The notes under the pieces: model-generated
Databases searched by the model: none
Told to the model about the DNA's origin: nothing
The model's input: only the letters and a program-made list of their open reading frames with translations
Assembly (NCBI GenBank): GCA_039621445.1
Contig: CP154954.1
Span: forward strand, 29,888,395-29,952,394
Reading direction: 5' to 3'
DNA: 64,000 nucleotides
Source of the DNA: Euglena gracilis
Lineage: Eukaryota
Translations under genes and position numbers: made by a program
In this document: positions 35,201 to 48,200 of the stretch, in pieces
Numbering within the stretch: the first letter of the stretch is position 1
Layout: each line of letters begins with the position of its first letter

Positions 35201-38200
35201 GGATACCCCCACCTATGGCCGATTATTTGCCAACCAGGGCCGACCAGGGCCGACCAGGGCCGACCAGGGCCGACCAGAGCACCAAAATGGGAAGTGACCA
35301 TAGGTGCCTGATCATAGCCTCCTCCATCACAGCCCCCAGCCTTCATCTAGCTCCATCCATCAAAATGTCAAAAAGACAAAATGATTTAAAAAAAATTTTG
35401 TTTTCCGTCGACCCAGCCCAGCCCAGCCCCCTCCAGCCCCCCTCCCCCCCCCCCCCTATACCCCGGGGGGTCCAGCCAGCAGCCTTTTTGCCAGCCGGAG
35501 GCTGGACCCCCCCCCCCGGGGGGGCCCTAAAGTCATCCCCTGGCCAGAAGGAGAGGAGCGCTGTGTGGACCAACTCTGGGGGCGCGAGCCCGCGGGGTCC
35601 ACTGGAGCCCCCACCGCCCCACGTCCGGGGCCCTCCCAAGGAGTGGCCGGGGCTTACGATCCATCCCCATCGTTACACCTCGGTTAAGAAATCGGCTGTG
35701 GAAGGCACCTCCCATAATCATCCTGCCAAAGGGGCATAAGTTCAAAACACTCAATGCGGAACATAATTGGCTGCATCAGTGTGGGGTCATATTTTTTGAC
35801 TTTTTTTGGCACAGTGTGAAGTGTTCGGGTTGAAAGGGGTTTTATATGTGTGGCTTCCCCAGTTGCCTCTCCCAAGCAGATACGGCGTCGTGGTTTCTTT
35901 TCTGTCCGCTTGCCATTGTCCAATTTCGCACAGCAGGATGACAATGCTCCAAGTCGCCATGCCTTGGGATCTTCGCCTCGCCACGTCGGGTGGCTGCTGG
36001 GGGGGTCTCCCATTTTCACCAACACCTGCATGCAATTTTCCCTGGTTTGCCTGGTTTGGAAGTGCGCTTAAGGGAGCGAGGGGCTCTGCCCAGGCTTCTG
36101 TTTAAGGAAAGTCGCACCCCCCTGGAGGGGCGCCTGCTATGGGCAGGCACCAGGGCTGTATTTTAGTCGGGTGCCGACCCCACCCCAGGGGGGGGGGGGC
36201 CTGCCTGGACAGGCACTCCAAGGCACTCCCAATCTGACCCCCCCCGGGGGGTACCCCCGGGCCGGGGTGGGGGGGTAGGGCACACGGCCAAAAGTGCCCT
36301 GGCACAGACCCCGGCGCCGAAGGAGCCAAAAATGGCGTATTTTCACAGGAATGCGCCTGGGCACAGGCCGAAATCCGACCCCCCCCAGGGGGGGGGGGTG
36401 CCTGCCTGGGCAGGCACTCACAGGCACTCCGGATCCCCCCCCGGGGGTTGATACAAAAAACGGCCTGGGGCAGGCACCCCAAAGCACAAGGCACCCCCAG
36501 GGGTTGGTAAGAAGAAGCCTGGCTCTGCTCTCTGTGGGGACCCTGCTTCCCACGATGCGTGCGTCTCCAAGTGTCAGACGGGAGCCACAAATCAAAACCC
36601 TTGCGTGAGCATCCCTGGGGAACTGCAACAGAAACGACCGGCTTCCGGCCCAACCCTTCGCGCACCTTAGCCCCCGGCAAATAATTAGGTCTATTTTCCA
36701 TATTGATGCATCATCTATTATATTATCATACATTATATTATATGCTAATTCATGTCGTATACATATATATATATATATGTATGTTACATCATTTATATTA
36801 TTGTTTATATTTGTATTATTGTTTATGTTTATGTTTATATGTTTGTGTTATTTATGTTATGTTATATTTATATTTATGTTTATATTATTATTTTATGTTT
36901 ATGTTTGTATTTGTATTGTTTATATTTATATTATAATTTGTTTATATTATTGTTTGTTTAATTTTTGAATTCAATTATAATTTATTCTATTATCCCCCCC
37001 CAGCACACCAGGTGTTGACGGGGGCGTCTGAGTCGCCGGCCCGAGCCCCGGCCCTGCCCCACCGTACCGGCTCCAGCGCGGGGGGACGCCCCGGCGCCGG
37101 TACGAGCTGGTGGTGCTGGCGGACGCCGGGCCCCGGGCTCGGCTGGCTGCCCTGGCGCAGCTGTTGGCCGGCAGGGCGGCGGTGGACCCCCCCCCGGCAC
37201 AAATGGCACATTTTCTGAGCATTTGCTTTTGCGATGGTCTCCGGAGTGTTCGTCAATCTTGGTCGCAGCAGTTCTTGGTCCAGCTCTTGCAGTTTGTCAA
37301 GGCACGCCCATGTGTTTATGGTCTTCCTGCACACGTTTTGCAATGACTCTTAGTCTTGTTAGTTTCGACTTCGCTGGGATTTTTTTTAAAAAAAATTCAT
37401 ATGTGATTTGCCTGTGATTTTTTTAATTTCACCCCAGAAAAGGATTTTTTCCATCCTTTTGCCAATCTTTTAATTTTCCCTGCATGGTACGTTTGGGGTG
37501 TCCACCTTCTCACTCATCGCCTCATTATGGCTGGTGGAAGCGAGATTCTCGTTTGCCTTGCGTGCCACCATTCCATACCCCTGGGGACTGCCGCACTCAT
37601 CCCCCCCCCCCCCGGCCCATTTCCCCAGTCCAGCCACCGCCCTCCCGGGACGGGCTGCTGGACAGCGCGTTCCGCATGGCGTGGTACGCCCGGTCCGCCG
37701 CCGTCCACGCCCTCCTGCTGGCCGACGTGCAGGGCCGGGGCTGCCACTGGTTCCAGGCCACGAGGGCGGCTGGCTCCGTGGAGGACCGGTGTGGCCCCGC
37801 GGCAGCCATGCCGATGCCGCCGCACGCACGTTTTGGACGCGGCACCCAACGGTGAATGAATCAACAGTTGCCTCACACTGCAGCATGGGTTTACAAAAAA
37901 AATTACGACGATGATGACATGTGAGAAAAGTTTGACCTTTACTGGAACAGCAAAGAGTAATAAAAATCATATGTCACCAAAATATTGAAAAATTGGAACA
38001 AATTAAACCTCAATATGGTCAATTGGTGGCCAATTAAATCTGGTGGTTTCACAAGCGTGTGTTGCGAAGCTATCTTCAATTTCTTTCATTGTTTTCAGAC
38101 ACACACATTTTAATTCACACAGCGTCAATGCGTGATTCATACACAATTTGCAATTGCAAATAATTGCAAATTGTCCATTCTTTCTCAACAGGCAGTTCGA

Positions 38201-41200
38201 GGTGGACAGCTTCGTGAAGTGCAGTGTAGGAGACGCCGACGGCGGTGGTGATGAGTGGGCAGTCTTGCTGGTGGACGATTCCCTGCGCTGCGGTGTGTGC
38301 CAGCGAACTCGTATTATTTTTTTTGCTTTGCCCCCATTATTCCCCCCCCCCTCTCTGCCCCTTGAACTGTTGCCCTTTTTTTGCAAATTTTTGGTGAAAT
38401 GGAGCATTTTCTTTTGGGCCGAGGAGTTTACGGCGTCCCCTTCATCCTGGATCAGATTTGATCTTCAAATTTGATCCCCCTCTCCCCCGAATTTTATTTA
38501 TTTTGCAATCTCCCAAAGGGCTGCTGGATGGTAACAGATTCCGGATTTTGAGGGGCGAAAAAGGTTTAAAATGGGCGGAATTGGGGGTTCAAAGTTTTGG
38601 TGATTTTTTTTTGCACAATTGGCAACTTTTTTCGCTTTTTTCACATTTTCGATGATTTTGGTCCCCGGCGCGAAGAGCCAAAGGAATTTTTCAGTGTTTT
38701 TCAAAAAAAAATCAAAAATAAGATCTCCCCCCAAAATTAGACTCCCCTGGAAGTTTCCAGCAACGGACCCAAAAATATGACCGGTTGATATTTTTTGTAA
38801 TTTTTTTTGATTTCAAAACCCCAATTTTCAAATTCCATCATTTTTTTGCAGCTGAAATTGGGTCTTTTTTGGTAATTTTTCAGGGGATTCTTTCACCGTC
38901 TCCAGCAATTTCCGCCGTCACGGGGGGGTTCTATTGGGGGTCTTATTTTGGATATTTTGCCAGTCGGTGCAGGGTGATTTTATTTGGAAGGGTTAGGCCC
39001 TAATGCCTTGATGTTAAACCATTTCATACCTACCTACCCCCAGGAAACTATAATCCTCGGGAAACTGTCATCTAAGCCCTGTCCTCATTGACCTGAGGGA
39101 TTTGACACTAGGGGGCCTGTCACCAACCTACGTACTCGCTGACCTGTCACCTGACAAATGTTTCTCGAAAATTTCGCTGTTTCTCACCCAAAATGATTTT
39201 TTGAAGATGAAATTTGAGGGTCCTCATTTTCGAATTTTGACCACAAAATGTGAAATAATCGCCTTTTTGTATTTCTGGGTCAGTGGGGGTCAAAACAATC
39301 GGTATACTTCATCATAATTCTGAGAGACCCAAGACGTGCAGAACGTCATTGTTTTTGCTTCAATGCCCGGCCTCACTCCCCGCCTCACGCCTCCAGACCC
39401 CAGATTGTGTCCCAGAGAGGCACACAGAGGTGTTCCAACCGGGCTTGGGTGAGGGACATTGCTGACCCGCTCCCGCTCCCGCCCGCGTCGCAGTGCTGGC
39501 GGAAGGGTCGGCGGCCACGGTGGACGTGGACACGCTGGTGGTGGTCGAGCTGCACGACGCGGCCCACCTCCTCAGCCTGGAGGACCGGCTCGCCTGTCGA
39601 AGTGTGCCGTTGTCCTCTTGCTGTCGCCTCCCCTTGAGGGGGCGGGGGGTTGGCCCTGACGTTCTTGGGGGGGAGGGTCAAGTGGATTCCGACAGACAGA
39701 GGGGCATACTTGCACCGCTTGGCCCCCCCCTGACGCTTGGCCTCCCTCCTCCTTAAACACAAACTTGGCCCCCCTGAAGTTGGCCTTTGCCCTTTTGCAC
39801 ATGGCCGCCAAAATTCTTGACTTGCAAATTTGCTCCCCCCCCCCAAGGTTGGCCCCCCGGCCTCACCTTCAATCATGGCCTGGGCCAAGCGCGGCTTCGG
39901 TGGGTGCCCACCGCAGGCAAAATAGGCAGTCATAAAGGCTGCGTGATAAACCCCCCCAAATATAAAGCCCCCCCCCCGGCTTTATATTCGGACGGGATTT
40001 CAACACCCTCAGGGGGGGGCTTTATATTTGGGGGGGGGGATCAAACTTTTTGGGGTGGCCTCTATGACTTTCAGCGGCCATCAATTGTGGCCAAACACCA
40101 ATTTTTGCCAAATTTTCGCTGTTTGCCTCCTATTTTTCACAAAATGTGCATTTTTTTAATCCAAAATGGAGCATTTTTGGTGAAAAAAAAAATGGTGTAT
40201 CTGCCCAAAATTTTTCCACTTTTTCCTGAATGACACTAGCGTCTGGCTCCGCGTCAGGGGGGGGGGGGGCTTTATATTTGGGCGGCAAAACCAAACCCCC
40301 CGGGGGGGCTTTATATTTGGGGGGGGGCTTTATATTTGGGCGGCAAAACCAAACCCCCGGGGGGCTTTACATTGGGGGGGGGGGCTTTATATTGGGGGGG
40401 GGGTTAGCAAGTGTCGTGTTGGGTTGATCTTTTCAGGCAATTAAGTTTTCTCGGGGGGGGGGGACTGGTGTTTTTGCGGCCGTTCTATTTCTCATATAAG
40501 GAAGTGGTCGCAAACCTACCACAGGCCAACCCACCAAGCCATAACCCAAAAAAAACGGACCATAACCCACCAAACGCCCCGTGCTCCCGTCAAAAGCAGG
40601 CCACAGTGGGAACCAGACAACAACGCCAACCTGTTTTGGTTGCAATCGGGTCTGGATGGTTGGTTGCAACACAACCAGATTTGAAAGAGAAGGTAGAAAC
40701 GGTGTGCAGCTGCAAGCACGCAACTGTAACAAAAGCTGAAGCAACGTCTTATCAATGCCATCACAAAAGAGCATGGATGTTTTATATTTGAGCTTTGGGT
40801 TGGAGCCAGTGAAACCAAAGCAGCTGGGTTTAGGGCCAAAGTCATGGAGATCCCAGAAGGGCACCGCCTTAAGTGCATTTTGTATTAAGCAAAATAGTTG
40901 GGTCACTCTCTGGGGTACGGTGGGTGGGCGTCGAGTACAAAATTGGTTCGGCCAAAAAATGCCCAACTATTTCCTGGCCAAAGAAACCATGCAAATTTGT
41001 CTGCCATTTTTTGAATTGATGATTTTCAAGAGACGCAATACCACTTTTTGTTGATTCTGGCGGAAGTGCCCAAATCCCTCCATCCCCCCCAAAACCGTCC
41101 AGTTTTTGGAGCCATTTTTAATTCCCAATTGTTGAAACAACCCGTGCTGATTCGTTGCACAGATTTTTGTATGCATTGCAGTTGGGTGTCCCATATGGTG

Positions 41201-42242
41201 TGCGACAAGGGTTTGCTACTTTCTGGCCGCCTCTGGCCCCATTTTTGCAACATGAATATGCGACATGGGTGCGTTGCAATTGAGCCATAACTGAATTTTG
41301 ACCAGTTTTAATTCTTCATGGCTCCCCCTGGCTGACCTCCACAATGTTTCAGAAGAGGGTACACAAACAAAGGGGGGGGGAACGTGTGTTTTGTGCTGCT
41401 CAAAATTGCCGCGACGTTGTTCAGCAAAAAAAAAATGGCTCTCGGCCCTGTCTGAGCCAGTCACAAAAGACCACACGGCTCAAAGAAAAATGGAATTGTT
41501 CTGGTGTTAAAACCACAAGTCCGCCGCTCTGGGGTCCCAGTCAGTGCAATGGTCCAAAGCCCCCCAGTACAGTAAATTGTTTGGACACCCAAAGTCAGGG
41601 TCCAGGGGACAGGGCTTTATGGGAATCCCCAAACCCCAAAATGGGTGGTGGGTGGGACCCCACCCTCAGGAGGCTCCCCCCCCACCAGGCCTTCCCGTAT
41701 TTCCGGGGCGTCGATCTTTAGGACAAAATTTTATTTTTTCGGTGCCGAAGGATATTTTCCTTGTGTGGTTCTGTAATGGGGGGTTACTCCCCACCTCCCG
41801 GGTGGGGGGTCTGACCCCCCCAACGAGACTTTTTCGTACACACCTGCTGAAGGGGGGGGGGTTAATTTAAAAAAAAACTTATCATCTGGGCAAATTTTCA
41901 AAAGTCAAAGATTGGTCTACAGGCAATTTCGGTGATTTTTGCACAAGTCATAATTTTGAAAACAATGATTTTTTGAAAAGATTTTTGTTATAATTTCTGA
42001 CCAAATTTCATCGATGTTTGTTATTTTTCTCCTTGTGCCTTTTCCCTTTCACGGCAGTGTGGGGGGGGATATTATTTGGGCAGCCGAAGTCTATTGGGTG
42101 GGGTCACTCATTTCAGCTGAGGGGCGTACGGCTTTGCATCCTATTGTGTCTCTTCCTCTGCGCCACAGAAAGGTTGATCTTCGTCTCGCCCGACGACGAC
42201 GCAGCCGTGGTGCGGTACGTGTCCGGGAAGGGGATCGGATAG
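26280..42242 (+). CDS. Multi-exon protein of unknown function, possibly with an N-terminal SPOC-like domain. Start position is uncertain, and it could be two genes.
   Basis: In-frame chain 28032-28129, 28611-28621, 28936-28947, 30424-30510, 31902-32012, from 32965: ...GSKLGDFVRWLSDRPRPLCGHSHLLRPQWLQCHPLQLFCDHF...PRPDWTGVLLHRR. 3' exons ~37012-37170, ~37650-37749, 38191-38292, 39494-39601, 42169-42242 end ...VVRYVSGKGIG*. Confidence 0.6.
26860..27600. repeat. Two tandem copies (about 430-bp period) of an AT-rich repeat; an inverted copy is at ~63350-63530
   Basis: Shared string ...aaaattttgattttgag...gaagcaaaaaatgccactgaaaatccaaaaa...atgtcagtaaaatttga... at ~26945 and ~27368, and reverse-complemented at ~63390-63490. 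Confidence 0.8.
28130..28610 (+). other. Non-conventional intron
   Basis: GAC-CAGCCCCA ... TGGGGCTG-GCCGG, perfect 8-bp stem; frame preserved. Confidence 0.75.
28638..28896. mobile_element. MITE inside the GT-AG intron 28622-28935
   Basis: CAGGGG...CCCCTG. TSD ccccgggc / cccccggc (7/8). Confidence 0.75.
28948..30423 (+). other. Non-conventional intron
   Basis: ATT-CGGGGTTGTTGC ... GCAACAATTCCCCTG-CGGTG, a bulged stem. Gives in-frame CGHS|HLLRPQW. Confidence 0.7.
30735..31189. mobile_element. MITE, intronic
   Basis: Perfect 8-bp TSD ccggcagc; degenerate TIR; internal similarity to 33598-33973. Confidence 0.8.
32013..32964 (+). other. Non-conventional intron
   Basis: GAC-CAGCCGGCGGCTGC ... 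GCAGCCGCGGCTG-CCTCC, 13-bp stem with one bulge. In-frame TVHN|QRAASARQ. Confidence 0.7.
33598..33973. mobile_element. MITE
   Basis: TIR cggggttttcttaag / cttaagaaaacccctg. Flanks gttcccat / cttcctgt (5/8). Confidence 0.75.
34282..35542. mobile_element. MITE with a nested insertion
   Basis: CAGGGGAT...ATCCCCTG. Perfect 8-bp TSD gccagaag. Confidence 0.85.
34510..35310. mobile_element. Nested MITE with subterminal 10-bp tandem repeats (GGGCCGACCA)
   Basis: TIR caggcacctacgg / ccataggtgcctg. Perfect 8-bp TSD atcatagc. Confidence 0.9.
36091..36521. mobile_element. MITE, CAGGCTT family
   Basis: TIR caggcttc / gaagcctg. TSD gctctgcc / gctctgct (7/8). Confidence 0.8.
36700..36992. repeat. AT-rich low-complexity tract (TTTATR-like)
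   Basis: Seen directly. Confidence 0.85.
39947..40406. mobile_element. TA-bounded foldback MITE with CCAAATATAAAGCCCC motifs
   Basis: taaacccccccaaatataaagcccc / ggggctttatattggggggggggtta. Confidence 0.7.
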
Positions 42243-43863
42243 TCATCCTTGGCCCACACGCTCACACCATCCGCGAGGACCGTGACCAGTTTTGCCGGTA
42301 ACGTTCGACTGGGTGGCACACCTGCAGCACGAGGTGGCCCGCTCTCTTATGTATGCATGGGGAGGAAGTGCTCCAGACGCTGTGTGCCACTATCATCGGA
42401 CGTCGTGAATCAATGTGTGCGCCATTGGTTTAGCTTTTTTTTTTGGATGTATTGCGGCTGCGTTTAGCTTCTTTTTTTTGGACAGATGATGTGGTCATTG
42501 GCATAGACGCGATGAGACGTAGTGGCAAAACTACTCAAATTTGGCCAAATAACAGGTAAAATGACCAAAATCACCCCATATTGCAATCATTTTCATGGGT
42601 GGTTCTTGTTGCAAAAGTCATTTTACTTTGTATACAATTCTTGTCCCACGGTGCCATATTGTCTGGGGAGAGGGCTGCAGCGACTGCACTGCGATGAGGA
42701 CACAGGAGTATGGGCAGCAAATCAATTCCCGCTCCGAAACTGTGCGGCCCAATGAGGCCATCATCCCTGTTTGCTGCCAATAAAGTTAATTTTCTTTTAA
42801 AATGTGCCATGAACTCTGGTCAATAAGGGGAGGACTCAGACAGATGGGAAGCACTTCGGTTTTGAGGTTGGTGTTAGTGGGGGTTGGGGGGGTTCACTGA
42901 GCTTTTACATTTTTAGAGCAAGAGCAAAGTTTACCACTGGGGGAAAGGGGGGGTAGAACCCAAAACAGTACAGATGTGGAGCCAAACGGCTTCAAAATGG
43001 CCAGAACTCGGGCTCACCTTGGAGTTGCGGGGAAATCAAAGTACCATTGGATAGGACCAACAAGGGCTTTATTTTAGGTCGTAGGACATTTCCTTTAATT
43101 TTGCTTCATTTCTGAGATGTTTTGGAAACGGGCTGGGCCGAGCCGCCGGGCCGCTGGGCCGCCATTGCTGGGCCGGGCCGGGCCGTTTGCCACATTGAGG
43201 TGGGCTGGGCCGGGCTGCCAGGTTGGGCCGAAGGTCCGCCCTGGCAGTTACATGCCTCAGACATCTGCTACGGCATGGCACCATCAGGCACGTAAAGAGC
43301 TCAGCAGTACACAAAACCTGTCCCAACCCCCCCCCCCTCTGGGAGGGGTAAGGTGGTAGGGGGGGGGGGGGACGTCCAGACCACCCTCTCCCTAGATGCT
43401 GGGAGGGGGTGCCCCCTCTTCTTGACAGATTCCAAAAATAAAAAAATTAGCGAAGATTTTCTTCCAGCGCGCAATGAAAGTGGATTTTAAAAAAAAAGTC
43501 TTTTTTTCCTCACTTTTGAGCATATTGCATGCACATTTTTTGATTTCTGTTGTTTTCCACAAAAAGAATGTGTCAAAAAAGCATTTTTGTATTCATTTTT
43601 GAAGAAAAATTCAGCAACAATTTCGGTCTAGTTTCCGGGCGTTTGCCCGTCCGCAAAACCGAAAATTTTCCTGGCCCTCTTCAGTTTCGAGGTGGGAGGG
43701 GGGGTCCAACTCCATCTTGGGATGGGGGGTCCAGACCCCTCGCTTCCCATACATCCCTGGGGGAGGCCAATATGTCAATTTTGGTGGACTCCAGCTTGCA
43801 GAGGACATGCAAGTAGGGGTGGGCTCAAGCGGTCAAGCAGATTTTTTTGTTTGTTTCCTCTTG

Positions 43864-44600
43864 CGGGGGGGGGGGGGATGCGCTGCGCATTTTTCCGCAT
43901 TTTTGCGCATTTTTGCGCATTTTTGTCAATTTTTCAAAAATGCGCATTTTTGCGCATTTTTTGCACATTTCCCCCCCCCCATTTTTGCACATTTTCCATT
44001 TTTGGGGCATTTTTTGGGCATTTTTTTTGCCCAATTTTGCACATTTTCCATTTTTGCGCATTTTTGCGCATTTTTTTGCCCAATTTTGCACATTTTGCCA
44101 TTTTTGCACATTTTCCACCCAAATCACATGCTCACCGAATTTTGCCCACGATCAACTGGCCCATTTCTGTAACCAACGAACCCATTTTCGCACTTTTTTT
44201 CCACCCAAGGGACCGGCCTCAAGAGAAAACCCTTGGGTGATGAGGTGTGGGTACTCATCCAATGACGATGAGGACACTAGGGGTTTCAGAGACCCCACAT
44301 TGACACGTAACCAAGGCGGGACTCCCACTCCCCTGGTCACAAGTAAGGGGCACCATGGCTGACATTGTTGGTTATGGTGAACGGAGAGTGACACCTTGGT
44401 CATGCATTTTTTGGCCAAAATGCCTTCATTTCAGCTCTTTTTGGTGATTTTGGTTTAATTTTGGGTTTATTGTTGGAAATTTTTCTAAGTCCTTTTTCCC
44501 TTAGGAATGTCACAAACTCAGCGCATTTTTTGCGCATTTTTTTTGCGCATTTTTGCGCATTTTTTCCGAGGGCCGTCCGGCGCATTTCCCCCCCCCCCTG
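43864..44600. mobile_element. MITE with 7-bp TSD, GCGCATTTT-repeat family, intergenic
   Basis: C-G(n)-ATGCGC ... GCGCATTT-C(n)-TG, flanked by cctcttg on both sides. Confidence 0.75.
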
Positions 44601-45291
44601 CCTCTTGTCTAAAGCAAGGAAATAAGCACCACCCTTGTCAAAACACCACCACCCCGGTCTTTACCCTGATTTGAAGGTCATCTTCTCAGGAGGCTTATTA
44701 TTTTGTTTGCATTTTTAAGATAAATTCCTCGAAAATTTATATATTTCAGAAATTTCTGGTGTCTGATTTGGTGAGATATTGTTGATTTTTTTTCCATCCA
44801 CGTGCCAGTAAGTTCAACAGTGAGCCCCAGAAACCAGATATTTTTCGCCGCGAAGCGCTGGATTTTTTTGGAGTAAGGTTTTTTCCTTTGTCAAAGCAAC
44901 CCCCCCTTGGTCCTTATCCATCTTTTCCGGTCCTCAGACACGGGATTTTCGTTATTTTTTTTTTCAGAGGTGCTTTCCAACGTTGCATGCTTGCAAAAAC
45001 GTCACAGGGGAAAGGCTCAGTTCCAGAATAATTTAATCTTGTTATTATTTTTGAATAATTTGCCGCCACCCGACAAGCAAAAGTACAGTGCGTCAAATGC
45101 AGTGAATGCCTGTCGCCCCACACAGTTGCTCGGTGAAAAAAATTTCTTCTCGCACACTTTTGTTTGGTTTTTTTTGCCCCCCTTCCATTGCTGTTGGCCG
45201 ACGGCAGACGGGGACACGTTGCTTTCGCGCCCAGCCCCAGCCCCATGGCCCCGTGACGCGGTGCCTGCCGCCCCCCTACGCGGTGGGGCCC

Positions 45292-48200
45292 ATGCGCCCT
45301 GATGGGCCTGCGCTGCCCCTGGCGATGCCTGGCCCCCGCGCCGGCCGCTGGCCGGGCGGCCCGCGGCACCGCGGGGCTCTCCCGCCCGCAAGGCGCCTTG
45401 GGGGGGGGGTGGGGCTGGGTGAAGCAGCCTCCCTTCCGGCAGGGGAGGTCGAAGCGAAGAGGGCAGCCGAGGAATCCGCCGCTTCGAAGTCAACAAAAAG
45501 TGTCGGCATCACTGCCGCTTCATACGTGGGAATTCCGCGATATTGTCGATTGAGTTTATCTGATGGTATTGGTATTCTTATTTGGCGTGTCGTTTCATTT
45601 CCAGTCTTTCTGTTCATCAATTTTGAAAACAGTTGGAACCAAAAAGGCCCCTTTAAATAATTTGGTCCCCCTGATCCCCCTGAGGTCGGGTCGGGTGGCC
45701 CCCTCCCAGCCAAGCCAGATCCTCAAAGAGAATTTTGTTGCTTAGAGGTGTTGGTTCTTGGGGAGATTGGCATGACCTCACCTCCATACCTCCATGGTTG
45801 GGACACGGGACAAACGAAACGAGAGCCCCCTTCCCCCAAGCCGCCCAGTGGCCTTGTCAGCATGCAAGCCTGGTGACCGTGCTGGAGCGGCCAGAATCAA
45901 ACAGCAGCTGCACTGGTCGGCTACATTTGGTGGTTTTGAGCGGCGGGCCACAATCTTATCTCAGGATGCTTATTCGCGGTGAGGTGGTGGTTATAATACC
46001 CAACACAACCACTTGTACATGCAGTTCGACGTGTGTATGGCGTGTGTGGTGTGTTTGTGTGCGAATACTCATTTCTCGTTTTCTCACAAAATCAGACCGA
46101 CTGACTGCAGTGCCATTTTCATAAAGCTGGGCGTTTTCAAAATCGAGGGTGGAGGCACAATGAGGTTTGAACACCCCCCTGCACAACACGGACACCTTTC
46201 CTCAAAGACCCCTAATTGTATGCACGTGCGCGTAAGCAACCCCAGCCGCTGAAGACACCCCTTCCATGCCAGTGCCCAGGTGCTGTGTCTGGGGACAGTG
46301 GCTGCCTCCCTGCTTCGTGTCTGTTGGCGGACGTTTCAAACGGGGTCCGCGACAGATGCGGACCAGGCGTGCCTGACGCGGACCCATCCATGCGAAACAA
46401 TGACGCCTCTCTGCCCCGGCGTCAACCCGGGCCAGAGGGTTCCTCAACCGTGCGAGTGCCCCCCCCCCCGGCAGTGTGTCCCGGCGATGTGGTCCGCCGC
46501 CCCCGACCGGGGGGCCCGCAGCGGGCAAGAGCTCCAGCCTGCAGTACCTGCGGACCCTGTTGGAGGAGAACGGCTACGCCGTGTTCCGCCGCCCCGCTGC
46601 CTCCGGGGTGGGGCCGCCCGCGCGGTCAGCTCCTCTGGAAGGAGAAGCTTCACATGACACTGGAAGCCTGGAAACGAAACTGAGAAGTCACCCCGGCTCC
46701 GAGGAATACTTTTTCCATCCTCCCCCTGGCCAGGCTGTGTGGACCATATGGATTGCGGGGGGTCGAAATCCCTACCCTGGTGGGTATGGGGGGTCCGATC
46801 ACCCTCCCGCACACCACCTTTCCGGTGTTTCTCGGGGTGCTGATATTTTCGGTTCAATTCCTTCAGCGTGCGGGAGGTTTTCCTTATGCAGGGTGGTTTG
46901 GTTCCCGCTGCCCTTAACAGCCTCTTTGTGTCGCTCCCTTTACCAAGGCTGAGTTGCATTGGGCATTCGTTTTCGGGCAATTCGGCACACGTCCATTTTC
47001 GATCCCACAAGCAACCAGTGGGCTCGTGGCGCACAGGCAGCGAGGCCGCCCATTGCACCGAGAAGGCCACCTCGTGGTCTCGCCAGGGGACTGAGTTCCC
47101 CGCCAACAACGAGGCCCTGCGTCGAGGGGAGCCCTTCGCATAGACTCGCCCAACCAAGAGCAGAGTGTTTCTCAATTCCTCCCCACCTGCACCGTTTTTT
47201 TTTATTTGCTTGTTCTGGTTCTGCTGGACGCCTCACCACCCCAGGGATTGGGGCGGGGATGGGCATTCGGCGCCAATGCACAAGTCCAGGTGGATTCCCT
47301 TCGCCTCTGCCTCAGCATGGCAACAGGGTGCCACTGGCACATTGCATCCGCCCGATTCTTGTCAGGCTCCTGTTGCGGAGGACTGCCCTCCTGCAGAGTG
47401 GTGTGGCAGCGAGAGATGTTCCATTTTTTGCGGCAACCAGGGTGGTGTGGCGGCTGGCTTCGTTGATGCGTGATGATATGGTATGCCTGGACCCCTGTCC
47501 ATATTTCCGTATGTCAGCAAGTCCCCGATATCATCATATCATGTACATCATACATTATCCCGATTTGTAGCAAAAAGATGTGAAGACAGTGCATTTTTGC
47601 GCTTGTTCCATGTATGTGTTTCCCCCGACCAATTCCTGGACCCGTCCATCTCCCCCGCCGCCGCCGTGCCCCCACTCGGAGGACAGCCTCATCCGCTACG
47701 CGGAGCAGTTCGCCCGCGCCACCGGGCGGCCCGTCGTGGTGCTGTTCGACCGCGGCCTGCTGGACCCCCGCGCGTTCATCTCCGAGGCGGAGTACGAGGC
47801 GCTGCTGCGCTCCGCCGACATGACGTGGGACGACGTTGGCAAAGGGCGGGGGCCGGGGGTGCCCCCCCTCCGACCCCCCCCCCCCGGTGGGAAGTGGTCG
47901 GGACCATTGTTGCCAGGAGGGGGTCGATGGGAGAGAGAGCACACCGTTCAGTGGAATTTTCGCACGCCCCACGGGTGATGCAAGCGATTGTATCCTTTTG
48001 GATTGGTTGTGGTGGACGTGCGCCTCCCAATTGAACATGACCAAACAATCACCTAGTCAATGGCTAACCCAGGAGGGTGACTGACTGGCTTGAGACCCCC
48101 CTCGGTCGGTAAAAAGGGGGTCGGTAAAAACAAATTTGTCCGAACGTGACTCCGCTGTGGTCCTCCGCAGAACGTCCGCCGGCCTCCGGCAGCAACCGGT

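Noticed and set aside
34520-35280. GGGCCGACCA and GATGCTGGGC arrays as a CRISPR-like locus
   Set aside because: Head-to-tail 10-mers without unique spacers, lying inside a TIR/TSD-bounded MITE; no cas genes.
47310-47680. Stem GCATGGC/GCCGTGC at the LRLCLS(M)/EDSL junction
   Set aside because: An intron must lie here, but I could not get both 3/5 spacing and the right frame. Left unresolved; it is a possible exception to the rule.
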